Shown here: positions 1 through 9,107 of the stretch, one piece after another | How positions within the stretch are numbered: the first letter of the stretch is position 1 | Layout: every line of letters begins with the position of its first letter | DNA from: an archaeon | GTDB lineage: Archaea; Asgardarchaeota; Thorarchaeia; Thorarchaeales; Thorarchaeaceae | DNA: 32,000 nucleotides | NCBI GenBank assembly: GCA_024275415.1 | Contig: JAJRZD010000058.1 | Coordinates: forward strand, 1 to 32,000 | Direction of reading: 5' to 3' | Notes under the pieces: model-generated | What the model was told of the DNA's origin: nothing | Database searches by the model: none | The model's input: only the letters and a program-made list of their open reading frames with translations | Translations under genes and position numbers: made by a program

Positions 1-210
1 CTTTATGAAATCGGGTGTGGAGATGCATCGAAGATACAGACCATAATACCGTAGAGTCACCTCGTGTCGTTCCATAGGAGCACAACACTCTGGTGTCCAA
101 GGTTATACAGATTTCAATGAATGGCTAGTAATTGGTGTGTTGTCAATTGTTCAAATAGTCTACACAGATGAATGCCATTCTTCTATTCAGTCTAGGTATT
201 TGAGTTGACC

Positions 211-855
211 TTATGGATAGGAAAGATCCCAGTCTGGATGGAAGCTGTGGATCATTGCCATTATCTCATTGTAAGCGTCTTCAGAGAAGTGGAGCTCTGG
301 GTTCGGCCATTGTCCGTCTTGGATTACCCCGAAATGGATATGGGCACTATCTCCGACGTGCAGAAAATCGGCAATCTTCTCGCCAATGTCCACCCAGTCG
401 CCTTCCTGAATGGTCAACATGTCTAGTTGAAGATCCCTGTCAGAAGAGTCCTGTGTCCATGGCTCGAAATTGTAATGCACAACAACAGACGCGTTGAACC
501 TGATGACCACTGTGATGTAGAACCGGTTCTCCACGTTCTCACCGTTGTCAGAGGTCTCTATCGACTCGACCAGACCAGGTGCGGCAGCAATGACTGTAGA
601 GCCGTTCCTGAAGAAGAAATCAATCCCATTATGCACGAAGCCCCACGGGCAGTTGTCACTCTCGCTATACCCCGCCTCATATGCTACAATGTCAGTTCTG
701 TTCTCGTAGATGACTCCCATGTAGTCAAGCTTATCTGCATCATAACGACCTCCAGCGTCGAATGTAGAAATGAATGGGATAGAACCATTGAGAGTTACGA
801 CCACACCAATTCCGATGAGAAGTATTAGCAGGAACACCACTACTTTTCGTGTCAT
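211..855 (-). CDS. Membrane-anchored M23-family zinc peptidase domain protein (copy 1)
   Basis: N-terminal hydrophobic anchor; HNGID (HxxxD) and AHIHFG (HxH) zinc motifs; VIAAAPGLV and GDWVDIGEKI match the M23 barrel pattern. Confidence 0.8.
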   Translation of the reverse strand: MTRKVVVFLLILLIGIGVVVTLNGSIPFISTFDAGGRYDADKLDYMGVIYENRTDIVAYEAGYSESDNCPWGFVHNGIDFFFRNGSTVIAAAPGLVESIETSDNGENVENRFYITVVIRFNASVVVHYNFEPWTQDSSDRDLQLDMLTIQEGDWVDIGEKIADFLHVGDSAHIHFGVIQDGQWPNPELHFSEDAYNEIMAMIHSFHPDWDLSYP

Positions 856-948
856 ATAGGGCTAGTGCGGGCGGTTCCTAAAAACATTTGTCCCAGCTAT
901 CTGGCACCACGCTTTCGGATACAGTAGTATATGAAGGTACTCGCTGGC

Positions 949-1689
949 TCATCGGTGTCCATCAAGAGCAGTGGAGGGAGTTGTCTTCACGGAAAGGCGT
1001 ATTCTAAGCCAGGACGGCATGACCCAGCCCATGTAGGTCAGGACATAGGACACTGCGATGAGGATACCCGCGAGGGCATACGAAAGGTTCCCAACGACCG
1101 CAGATGCAGCAAGGAGATCCGGAATAACGACTATGATATAGGACAACACATACACAAACGCAGACATGCCCACGAGCCAAAACTTTATCCTTGTGACACG
1201 GCGACTCGCTAGTGGTGCCATCCGAACGCAGCTGATGAACAACGGGATGTAGACCAAGAAGATCAGAAGGACGAGAATCATATACACTTCAATGGGGGGC
1301 AGGTAATAGCTCTCCGCCTTGGCGGTAAGAATGACACCAGCTCCGCCGATGAAAGATATGAAGGGCAAGTACCACTTGTTGCGGGTCAGGAACAGGCCTG
1401 AATAAAAGTACGCAAAGGGAATGAATGACACAATGAAAGCCAAGGTGAAGACTATGCTAAAGAACTCGCGCAGGGCTATGTCAATGAAGATGCGGGCATA
1501 GATCTCCGAAACCAGACTGCCAATAAGCCCGATTGATTGTAGCAGGAATGCAAAGAAGATGCCACCAGTCAACGGGTCTTTGTCCTGCTTCCACCTCTGT
1601 CCCATTACTACTGAGGTCAAGATGATGGCACCAATGGCGATATAGTTCGCCACAAGATCTGGTGCTAGAAAGGATAGAACGTCCTGCAT
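949..1689 (-). CDS. Integral membrane protein with about 7 predicted TM helices
   Basis: Seven hydrophobic stretches counted by eye; ends in GWVMPSWLR; co-oriented and closely spaced with its neighbours. Confidence 0.75.
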   Translation of the reverse strand: MQDVLSFLAPDLVANYIAIGAIILTSVVMGQRWKQDKDPLTGGIFFAFLLQSIGLIGSLVSEIYARIFIDIALREFFSIVFTLAFIVSFIPFAYFYSGLFLTRNKWYLPFISFIGGAGVILTAKAESYYLPPIEVYMILVLLIFLVYIPLFISCVRMAPLASRRVTRIKFWLVGMSAFVYVLSYIIVVIPDLLAASAVVGNLSYALAGILIAVSYVLTYMGWVMPSWLRIRLSVKTTPSTALDGHR

Positions 1690-1701
1690 TGTAAACCACC
1701 A

Positions 1702-1953
1702 TTAATACCTATCAAAGTACTCAAGCACACGCTTCCTAGAGCTTTCGTCATCGTTGCCCACTTTGTCGGCCAGAGTTTCACCCCGTACATTGAGGTTTTC
1801 ATCGATAAAGACTGTGAGCACATGATCCCCATGATCGAAGGCAACTGATAGGACACCCACCTGCGAGGGTTCGAAGGCGTCAATGTCAACCTCTTCAGTG
1901 TACCACTTGTCGCAACGCTTGCATCGGACACGTATTGTCTTGTTAGAGGTCAT
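1702..1953 (-). CDS. Small putative Zn-binding protein (CxxC ... DHGDH..IDENLNVR), Asgard-type
   Basis: RCKRC plus an HxxH-IDxNxxVR motif; stop lies 13 bp before the 7TM start. Confidence 0.7.
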   Translation of the reverse strand: MTSNKTIRVRCKRCDKWYTEEVDIDAFEPSQVGVLSVAFDHGDHVLTVFIDENLNVRGETLADKVGNDDESSRKRVLEYFDRY

Positions 1954-1979
1954 TCTATCACACTCACATCAATGAACTT

Positions 1980-2546
1980 TCATGAGCCATTTGCTACCAT
2001 AGAGGGGAGCTGCTCGGCAGCAATGACTTGCCGAAGGAGTATCTCAAAGGCATCACGGACTTGGAAACCCATCATCGCACTTGTTTCGATATACCCAGCC
2101 ATACCTGCCTTCTCGGCGAACGCTCGTGCTTCCTCCTCATCGACCTCACGTTTGTTTCCGATGTCATACTTGGCACCGACAAGGAGGATCCTATCAGAAG
2201 ACAGTGATTCCTTCATTAAGTCTAACCATTCAGAAAGATGCATGAATGTATGGAACCGTCCGAGGTCGAAGACAAGAAGAGCACCCTTAGCACCTTTGGT
2301 CCAAATAGGGAGCATGAATCTGAAACGCTCTTCGCCCCCAGCATCCTTGATCGTGATTTTGTGTTCGACACCGTCTACTACCAGTGTACAGACCTCGACG
2401 CCCATCCCCACGGTGATTCTCTGTGGAATATAGGCTCCTTCGGTAAGATGCTTTATCAACGTACTCTTGCCAACACCACCCTCGCCAGCCACGAGAATGA
2501 TCATGAGGCTTGTTTCCGAACTGCCCACAGTGTCCATACGGAGCAC
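1980..2546 (-). CDS. Rab/Ras-like small GTPase
   Basis: G1 GEGGVGKS, G2 ITVG, G3 DAGGEERF, G4 GAKYD, G5 ETSAM; Rab-like ERFR and GAKGALLVFD segments. Confidence 0.92.
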   Translation of the reverse strand: MLRMDTVGSSETSLMIILVAGEGGVGKSTLIKHLTEGAYIPQRITVGMGVEVCTLVVDGVEHKITIKDAGGEERFRFMLPIWTKGAKGALLVFDLGRFHTFMHLSEWLDLMKESLSSDRILLVGAKYDIGNKREVDEEEARAFAEKAGMAGYIETSAMMGFQVRDAFEILLRQVIAAEQLPSMVANGS

Positions 2547-2630
2547 TCTCGCGTTTTATGTTATTTACATTATCTTGTATCAATTCTTCACTAAATAGGA
2601 CGCTGTGCGAAAGGTAAACTGATGATTTCA

Positions 2631-3050
2631 ACGAAATTGTTTCTTCTTCGAAATACTGTGGGATATTGTGTGATTCATCACATATGGCTAATTGTTGAGA
2701 ATCACCGTTTATTGTACGTTGTATAAACTTTGACACCAGAGCGTTGTACTCCCAAAGAACGGCGTTGGGTGGACTCTGGGAGTTCCTACGTGTGTCATGG
2801 ATGACCTCATTGAATATGCCTCGTCGAAACTATACAAGCACCCACAGCAAGAGGTCTAGGATAGTCTAGGTTTTGTACAGCCGTTATCAACCCTTCAGGC
2901 GCATTTGTCCAAGTCTAGAAAATGACTGATCAACGTAGTCCTGCTTGAGATCGAATCCGACCGCATTCCGATCAAGGTCTTGAGCCGCTACAAGAGGTGT
3001 GCCACTTCCGACAAAAGGATCCAGAACCAACTCTCCTTTGTGATTGAACA
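2631..3050 (-). pseudogene. Fragment of a DNA methyltransferase paralogous to 14464..15354, split by an insert of about 180 bp
   Basis: 2631-2706 and about 2886-3050 align at nucleotide level to about 14907-15140 (GDSQQLAICDESHNIPQYFEEETISL; ELVLDPFVGSG). Confidence 0.85.
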
Positions 3051-3119
3051 GAGGGATGGATACCTGATTAATGCAAAAAAGACCTGTTTTCTCGTTGGGG
3101 CCAGACCTGATGACCGAGC

Positions 3120-3776
3120 TTACGGATAGTACAAATCCCAGTCTGGATGGAAGCTGTGGATCATTGCCATTATCTCATTGTAGGCGTTCTCAGAGAAGTA
3201 GGGCTCAGGATTCTGCCATTGTCCGTCTTTGATTACCCCGAAATGGATATGGGCACTACCTCCGACATGCAGAAAATCGGCAATCTTCTCGCCAATGTCC
3301 ACCCAGTCGCCTTCTTGGATTTCTAACATCTCCAGTTGGAGATCCTTGTCAGAAGAGTCCTGTGTCCATGGCTCGAAATTGTAATGCACAACAACAGACG
3401 CGTTGAACCTGATGACCACTGTGATGTAGAACCGGTTCTCCACGTTCTCACCGTTGTCAGAGATATCTATCGACTCGACCAGACCAGGTGCGGCAGCAAT
3501 GACTGTAGAACCGTTCCTGAAGAAATAGTCAATCCCATTATGCACGAAGCCCCACGGGCAGTTGTCACTCTCGCTATATCCCTCGTTGAATGCTACAATG
3601 TCAGTTCTGTTCTCGTAGATGACTCCCATGTAGTCAAGCTCGTCCGCATCATAGCGACCTCCAGCGTCGAATGTAGGAGCCAATGGGGTTGAACCTTCGT
3701 TTGAACCTTTGAGGGCTACGACCACACCAATTCCCATGAGAAGTATTAGCAGGCATACCACTGATTTTCGTGCCAT
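3120..3776 (-). CDS. Membrane-anchored M23-family peptidase (copy 2, close paralog of 211..855)
   Basis: Near-identical protein with the same HNGID/HIH motifs; 4 aa longer near the N-terminus. Confidence 0.8.
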   Translation of the reverse strand: MARKSVVCLLILLMGIGVVVALKGSNEGSTPLAPTFDAGGRYDADELDYMGVIYENRTDIVAFNEGYSESDNCPWGFVHNGIDYFFRNGSTVIAAAPGLVESIDISDNGENVENRFYITVVIRFNASVVVHYNFEPWTQDSSDKDLQLEMLEIQEGDWVDIGEKIADFLHVGGSAHIHFGVIKDGQWQNPEPYFSENAYNEIMAMIHSFHPDWDLYYP

Positions 3777-3869
3777 ATAGAGATAGTGTGGGCAGTTCCT
3801 AAAAACATTTGTTCCAACTGTCTGGCACCATACTTTCGGAAACGGTAGTCTGTGAAGGCACTCGCTGGC

Positions 3870-3972
3870 TTATTGGCGGTTGTCCGGAGCAGTGGAGGTA
3901 GTTGTCTTCACAGAGAGGCGAACTCGGAGCCAAGAAGGCATGACCCAACCCATATAGGTCAGGACATAGGAC
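3870..3972 (-). pseudogene. 3' remnant of a 7TM paralog (SYVLTYMGWVMPSWLRVRLSVKTT...), truncated next to an IS end
   Basis: Aligns to the 3' end of 949..1689; homology stops about 15 bp before the TIR at 3987. Confidence 0.8.
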
Positions 3973-3986
3973 GGAGCCCTGATTAA

Positions 3987-4004
3987 GGAGCTGTGTGAAA
4001 AGTC
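3987..4004 (+). repeat. Orphan terminal inverted repeat GGAGCTGTGTGAAAAGTC of the IS5-like family
   Basis: 16/18 identical to the IS end at 7323; no partner end found nearby. Confidence 0.75.
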
Positions 4005-4190
4005 TGACTGAACGCCATAGAATTGACGGTAGTCCGATTGACTCTGAAATCTTATGACCCAGTTATTGGACTAGAAGTTCTGATGATGATTAATACGTGG
4101 ATGATAGAACCTTTGGACATTACTCAAACTTTTAATATCATCTTTCTGTGGACAGGTTCTTACAAGAGCATTATCCGACGAGGGTGCTAG

Positions 4191-4946
4191 AAAACGGAAG
4201 GCATCGTACTATTAACAGTTAGTGGAATCCTAGGAATAGTTGCAGGTTTCGCATCAGGGCTTTTTGGAATAGGTGGCGGTTCTATCAGAATCCCCTTATT
4301 GAAAATAGCAGGGTTCAGCTTGATATCAGCCTATGGGATCAATATCCTGACGCTTCCTATTACAGCCTCAATCGGTGCGGCTTCACAGAGAAAGAATATT
4401 GACTATCGGCTTGGGCTGTATATGGTTCTAGGTGGGTCCCTGGGAACGGTCATCGGAACCTTCATTGCATTCTCGATAGCGACCTCAGAAATACTCCTCG
4501 CGATTGTCTTCTTCCTCGCATCGATAACAGCGGTTGTCGCGCTGAACCTGAAACGAATCGCTCCAGAAACAACGGACGGTCTTGTGGCTTCGCGGGAAAG
4601 TGTTTCTATTGGTACTTGCACATGTAATGTCTTGACTGGGATAAGGGGAGGAAGCGAAGGCTCACTATTCGTTCCACTCCTTACTGCTCTGAATGTTGAT
4701 ACTCACAGAGCCATCGCAACGTCTCTCTTTGCGGCTGTCTTTACGGCTACGGTCGGCATCTTCATGTATTGGAGCAACGGATACCTTTTGATACCAGAGG
4801 GGCTTGCCGTCGTCATCGGTTCCGTGGTGGGTGCGCGACTAGGGAGTCGTGTGTCACTCAAGACGAGATCCAGGGTCTTGGAGTTAGGTCTCACAGCTGT
4901 CATCCTTGTCTTGGCATTCATAACACTGCTGACCACCTTGGCCTAG
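4191..4946 (+). CDS. TauE/SafE-family (DUF81) membrane protein; start uncertain, possibly frameshifted
   Basis: The frame is open from 4191 and contains GLFGIGGGSIRIP upstream of the called TTG; second repeat GIRGGSEGSLFVP and AIATSL. A GTG at 4184 is out of frame. Confidence 0.8.
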   Translation, partial: KTEGIVLLTVSGILGIVAGFASGLFGIGGGSIRIPLLKIAGFSLISAYGINILTLPITASIGAASQRKNIDYRLGLYMVLGGSLGTVIGTFIAFSIATSEILLAIVFFLASITAVVALNLKRIAPETTDGLVASRESVSIGTCTCNVLTGIRGGSEGSLFVPLLTALNVDTHRAIATSLFAAVFTATVGIFMYWSNGYLLIPEGLAVVIGSVVGARLGSRVSLKTRSRVLELGLTAVILVLAFITLLTTLA

Positions 4947-5149
4947 GCAGAGTGAATCCGAGAAACAGTCATGGCAAATGGACTAGACTCCTATGTGAAG
5001 TCATTTACAAGTTCCTTAAGATGCTTGATTTTTTTCTAGTATATTCATCCACAACTTGCCATTTGAACCAGTAATGTTCAAGTTCACCTTGGTGATATGT
5101 GCTTGTTGGCAACCTCAAAAATGAAGGGCGGGCAATAGGCGGCTTGATA

Positions 5150-5731
5150 GTGGAAAGGATAATGGTTTTCATCGATGGCATGAACTTTCGCAGGGCGTGG
5201 ATATCTGTTTGTACGGAGAGGGGCATGCCAAGACGTACTCGATTCGATGTGGTCAAACTGCGAAACCTATTGTCCGCGCTATCACCAGATCGTGAAGTAG
5301 TAAGAATACACTACTACAGCTCCACAATCCCACCAAAGGACTCGAAATACTACAACAATCTGAATAGCATCGACCCACGAGGCTTCAATGGAATGCTGAA
5401 GAGGAAAGGCTACAAGTGCTTCATTCTGAAAAATCGAGTCAGACATGAAAAATGTCCTCTCTGCGGGGAGAGATTCCCCATTGTCAAGGAGAAGGGTGTT
5501 GATGTTATGATTGCACTTGATATGATGATGAAAGGGATTGAAAATGCATTCGATGTGGCTCTGCTTGTCAGCGGTGATGCTGATTTCATACCAGTTGTGA
5601 ATCTGCTCACCAAGAAAGGGAAGAAAGTGGAGGTCGCACAGTTTAGTAATGCTATCTCATGGTTCTTGAGAAAGTCAGTGAATAGAGTCTATGATCTTGA
5701 CGGACATTTCGATGGTCTTGTTCTAAAATGA
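5150..5731 (+). CDS. NYN domain (LabA/DUF88) PIN-like nuclease with a CPLCG zinc-knuckle insert
   Basis: VFIDGMNF, KEKGVDVMIALDM, LVSGDADFIPVV and GKKVEV motifs; GTG at 5150 is the likely start. Confidence 0.9.
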   Translation: MERIMVFIDGMNFRRAWISVCTERGMPRRTRFDVVKLRNLLSALSPDREVVRIHYYSSTIPPKDSKYYNNLNSIDPRGFNGMLKRKGYKCFILKNRVRHEKCPLCGERFPIVKEKGVDVMIALDMMMKGIENAFDVALLVSGDADFIPVVNLLTKKGKKVEVAQFSNAISWFLRKSVNRVYDLDGHFDGLVLK

Positions 5732-6101
5732 ATGAAAGGCGAGGCAGTCAGTCATTTCGGTAGAGAATTACGACTGCTACGAGACTTAGTCTACTGCCCG
5801 CCGCGTCGTAATGTAGTTCATGATGAATATTAATAAACATAACGGAACTTTGAAACGATTTCAGAGAATCCGCATTATGAAAGGCATTATAGATACGGTC
5901 TGCTGTGTCTTCAATGACGTACCGGATCTGTGCATAGTTGCCCCAAAGATGAAGAATGTCTAGATTTGCCTATGTCTATTGTTGCTTGATGCGCTTTACG
6001 CAGGCATCGTCATCCTCAGCCCGAGTTTCGGTCCAATCGAAAAAAGATGCAACTCCGATTCTGATTCTTAGATCTGTATGGATATCATAACGACAGCTGT
6101 G

Positions 6102-6109
6102 TATAAATA
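6102..6109 (+). promoter_or_regulatory. Archaeal TATA box of the vapBC operon
   Basis: TATAAATA about 26-33 nt upstream of the ATG at 6135. Confidence 0.55.
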
Positions 6110-6134
6110 GGGATGATATGGATATGTATCAGAG

Positions 6135-6359
6135 ATGGGACTAATGTCAAAAAACATCATGATCAGCAATGAGGTCTATTCACGACTTCGAGCTATAAAG
6201 AGAGATGATGAGTCATTCAGCGATTTGATCCGAAGACTCCTGAATTACCAGAGAACAAGTCTACTTGACCTCGCGGGAGAATGGCCATTTTCTGCAAGAG
6301 AAACCAGTGAGAAAGAAAAACAGTTAGAGGAAACCTGGCAGAAAGGGTGGCGTAAATGA
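6135..6359 (+). CDS. vapB: VapB-type antitoxin (archaeal DUF217-like)
   Basis: SKNIMISNEVYSRL...ESFSDLIRRLL; stop overlaps the PIN toxin start. Confidence 0.85.
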   Translation: MGLMSKNIMISNEVYSRLRAIKRDDESFSDLIRRLLNYQRTSLLDLAGEWPFSARETSEKEKQLEETWQKGWRK

Positions 6360-6772
6360 CTCTATTATCATTGGACACATCATTTCTGATAGATTTTCTG
6401 GCAGGTGAGTCATCGGCCGTAGAGAAAATGAAGCAAATAGAAATCGATGGAGATATGACATCTGTATCAAGTGTTGTCGTATACGAGCTACTCGTCCTGT
6501 CAGCAGATGACCGAAAACCAAACCGAGCTCAGAAAGCAATCAATACAGTAGAATCACTCCTCTCCAGGATAGGGGTTATATGGCCATTTAACACCAGTGT
6601 AGCACGACTTGCTGCAGAAATACAGAGAATTCAGATGCTTAAGGGAAAACCTGTTAGTGTTCGTGACTTGTTCATAGCTGCTTCATCTTTAGCAAATGGT
6701 TGCAACACAGTGATTACGAAGAATGTTAGAGATTTTGAAGTTATAGACGGGATCAAAGTTGAATCGTATTGA
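6356..6772 (+). CDS. vapC: VapC PIN-domain toxin
   Basis: LDTSFLIDFL, VYELL, DLFIAA and ITKNVRDF acidic PIN motifs; 138 aa. Confidence 0.92.
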   Translation: MTLLSLDTSFLIDFLAGESSAVEKMKQIEIDGDMTSVSSVVVYELLVLSADDRKPNRAQKAINTVESLLSRIGVIWPFNTSVARLAAEIQRIQMLKGKPVSVRDLFIAASSLANGCNTVITKNVRDFEVIDGIKVESY

Positions 6773-6875
6773 AACAATAATCAGAACGAAATGTGGGGTA
6801 AGACCAAGATGATTAGTATCAAACGTAGTCATGAAAATGACACCGTACTAGCAGAAAGTAAAAAACTTACCAATC

Positions 6876-7133
6876 TTGTCATCAGGCATTGTAGTCAGAA
6901 CCGTAATTATAGCAAGACGTCTTGGGGTGTCACCTTCCACCTTGAGGAGGTGGGAACGCAAAGGGGCATATATACCACGTAATACGACACTAATGCAGTG
7001 CAGGTCCTGCGGACAAGCTGTGGACCGTCACACCAATGCTGCCATGACCTATGCTAACCGAGCCCTGTCCGCATACCAGGGCTCAATCCAGGCTTCTCCT
7101 TGCGGAGGTGACACGTTTGTACAAGTTCAATAG
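6876..7133 (+). mobile_element. Internally deleted IS607-like remnant (TnpA HTH joined to the TnpB C-terminus)
   Basis: IARRLGVSPSTLRRWERKG (MerR-like HTH of IS607 TnpA) followed directly by QCRSCG..DRHTNAA (TnpB Zn finger and final RuvC motif). Confidence 0.7.
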
Positions 7134-7322
7134 TATGCGTATGTCAGTTTTAGGTGACATACAATCATTAAAAACTATGACAATGAGGATGAATAGCAGC
7201 TCGTAAGATTCCCTTTTCAAAATCACATCTATCATTAACCCCAGCATCCCGTTATTCTCTTGCTTTAATGAATTACTTGATACCATCATAACTGACTGTG
7301 ATGCGAACAATGGCACAATTTC

Positions 7323-8060
7323 GGCTCTGTGTGAAAAGTCACCTCCCGTCGCACTCCAAGAAGTCCAGTCGTGCTATGTTGTGAAGAATGACCTTGAACA
7401 ACAACCCTCGACGCTGCTCCTTGTATCTTCTTGGACTCGACCCTCCACCAGACCTCACCTTCACCATCCCAAAAACGGTCTCCACAAGACTCCTCTTTCC
7501 ATAGCTGTGTTTCTTTTTCCACTCCCTTGGATCTCTCCGGTACTCCCTGATCAACTCCTTGTATCCTCGATAACCCCGTGACCAGGCTTCCAACCTCTTC
7601 TTCGATCCTAGAGCTGGATAGGCTCCCAGGTCATGGATGTATTGGACGTCCTTTCGGGAGATGTAGGCCTTGTCCCCGTAGACATACTGGAGGGATCGAT
7701 GAACCACTCGTTTCAGGGACTGTTGAAGGACGGAGTAGGAGGGAGGTCGCTTGAGACCGAGTCGGTCAAGGAGGAGTGGGGTGAAGCCAAGTTGAGCAAC
7801 AAAGATCCGGTAGATGAGTCCAGAGTCGGACTTGAGGCCCAGGAGGACAAAGAGAGCAGGGAGTGGAAAGTCAGGAGGTCTTCCGAAAGGAGAGGTTTTG
7901 AAAGGTATCATATTGCTAAGCTTGATAAGTCCATCGAGTAAGACCTGATAGTGACGAGACCTGGCTGTGTCGTATGATGACTGGTAGGACATGAATTATG
8001 TGATCCAGTGGGTCTGGTCACATATCCTTGTATTACTTCTTCGACTTTTCACACAGAGCC
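7323..8060 (-). mobile_element. IS5-family (IS903-like) element, 738 bp, perfect 18-bp TIRs, internally deleted
   Basis: GGCTCTGTGTGAAAAGTC at 7323-7340 and its exact reverse complement at 8043-8060; the transposase stop codon lies inside a TIR. Confidence 0.85.
7339..7992 (-). pseudogene. Truncated DDE transposase (IS5 family)
   Basis: YGDKAY and YGKRSLVETVFGMVK motifs present; 217 aa with no recognisable first catalytic Asp region. Confidence 0.75.
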
Positions 8061-9033
8061 CAATATCTCCAAAGGTTTTAATTCCTCTTTCTGCACCAAT
8101 TGCATCAGATCTTGTCGTAGTCATGAATAATGATGACAAGGTATCAGCTGCTGTGAAGCAATTCAAGAGGGAATGAAGAACATTAAGATAGTCACCTTTG
8201 GCTCAATAGATTTTATCCTATCCATATCGAGAATCATTGAGAAAACAGTTTGGGTTTCTCATGGATATGAAGATGGAATATTAACGCTTAGCACCAAAGT
8301 CAGCTAGAAGGACTTTAGTGGCTATATCGATAAGACACCTCGAAAAGACATTGTATTAGCCTGTGAATCTAACAATTTGAAGAATTACATTTCACCTCAG
8401 GATGCCATTGTTTCTGATGGATCTGTTGAAGCTCATGTCATGGGATTTACAGTTGCAGCTGTCCTTCTGGCATCATCCAAAGGGCTCGGGAATCCTGAAA
8501 CCCATGCATCTGTGAACAAAGCCTTTGATGCAATCAATGATATAGCTACTGGTGCTTCAGAACCTCTCTTTCTTGGTTTAATTCCCGCATGGTGGTTGCT
8601 TACCAAAATTGCTTTGATCAGTATTCTGACAGCATGGTGTTTTACTACTGCTGAATCACAAGTACCTGCAGCTCTTGCTGAAGCAGTACATCCAATACTC
8701 ATTATTTTCGGAATCGCATTCATCTTCAGTACATTTTCTTCACTGTTGTTGCTTCTGGTTCAAGATGCATTTCCGGGATTCTCGTCTTTCCTATCGATTG
8801 TTTCTGTATTTCTAAACTTATTAGCAGGACTGGCAATTCAAAAAATCATCCAAGGTGCATTGCATGGCGGTGCATACCTGCTTGGCTTAGCAGCTGGAAA
8901 AGCCGCTAGTTTGACTGGTGCAAGTGTTTCGTGGTCTCAACCATGGATTAGAGCAGCTTTTGCAGCATCTGCTGCAATACTCGCTGTTTCCATCATTGAC
9001 TTTATAGTGGTTACAGTCTATACACTGATGTAA
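8061..9033 (+). pseudogene. Disrupted gene: caspase/CHAT-like His-Cys domain followed by hydrophobic Ala/Gly-rich helices
   Basis: The frame from ATG 8173 reads VWVSHGYEDG...VS*KDF...IVLACES with an in-frame TAG at 8305-8307 and runs into ORF 8377..9033. An upstream piece (8061-8176) is in another frame and abuts the IS end. Confidence 0.55.
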
Positions 9034-9107
9034 TCCGGTAAATGGTGGAATCCTTGAGCGATTAAATATCACCACAACAGCAGCAATATCCAATCAAGTT
9101 TCCAAAA

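Noticed and set aside
1-200. Possible gene start on the minus strand (MERHEVTLRYYG...) running off the window edge
   Set aside because: Only about 25 codons are visible, with no recognisable motif.
2287-2736. 149-aa ORF as a real gene
   Set aside because: It is a chimera of the MTase fragment and an alternative frame over the GTPase gene.
5767-5812. Nested hairpin after the NYN gene (ATTACGAC/GTCGTAAT)
   Set aside because: Short 8-bp stem, single copy, no T-tract; function cannot be supported.
7316-8067. 7-bp duplication CAATTTC/CAATATC around the IS alone
   Set aside because: It has a mismatch and the wrong length; MITE 2 shows 9 bp, and the 8/9 match to the MITE 1 flank fits better.
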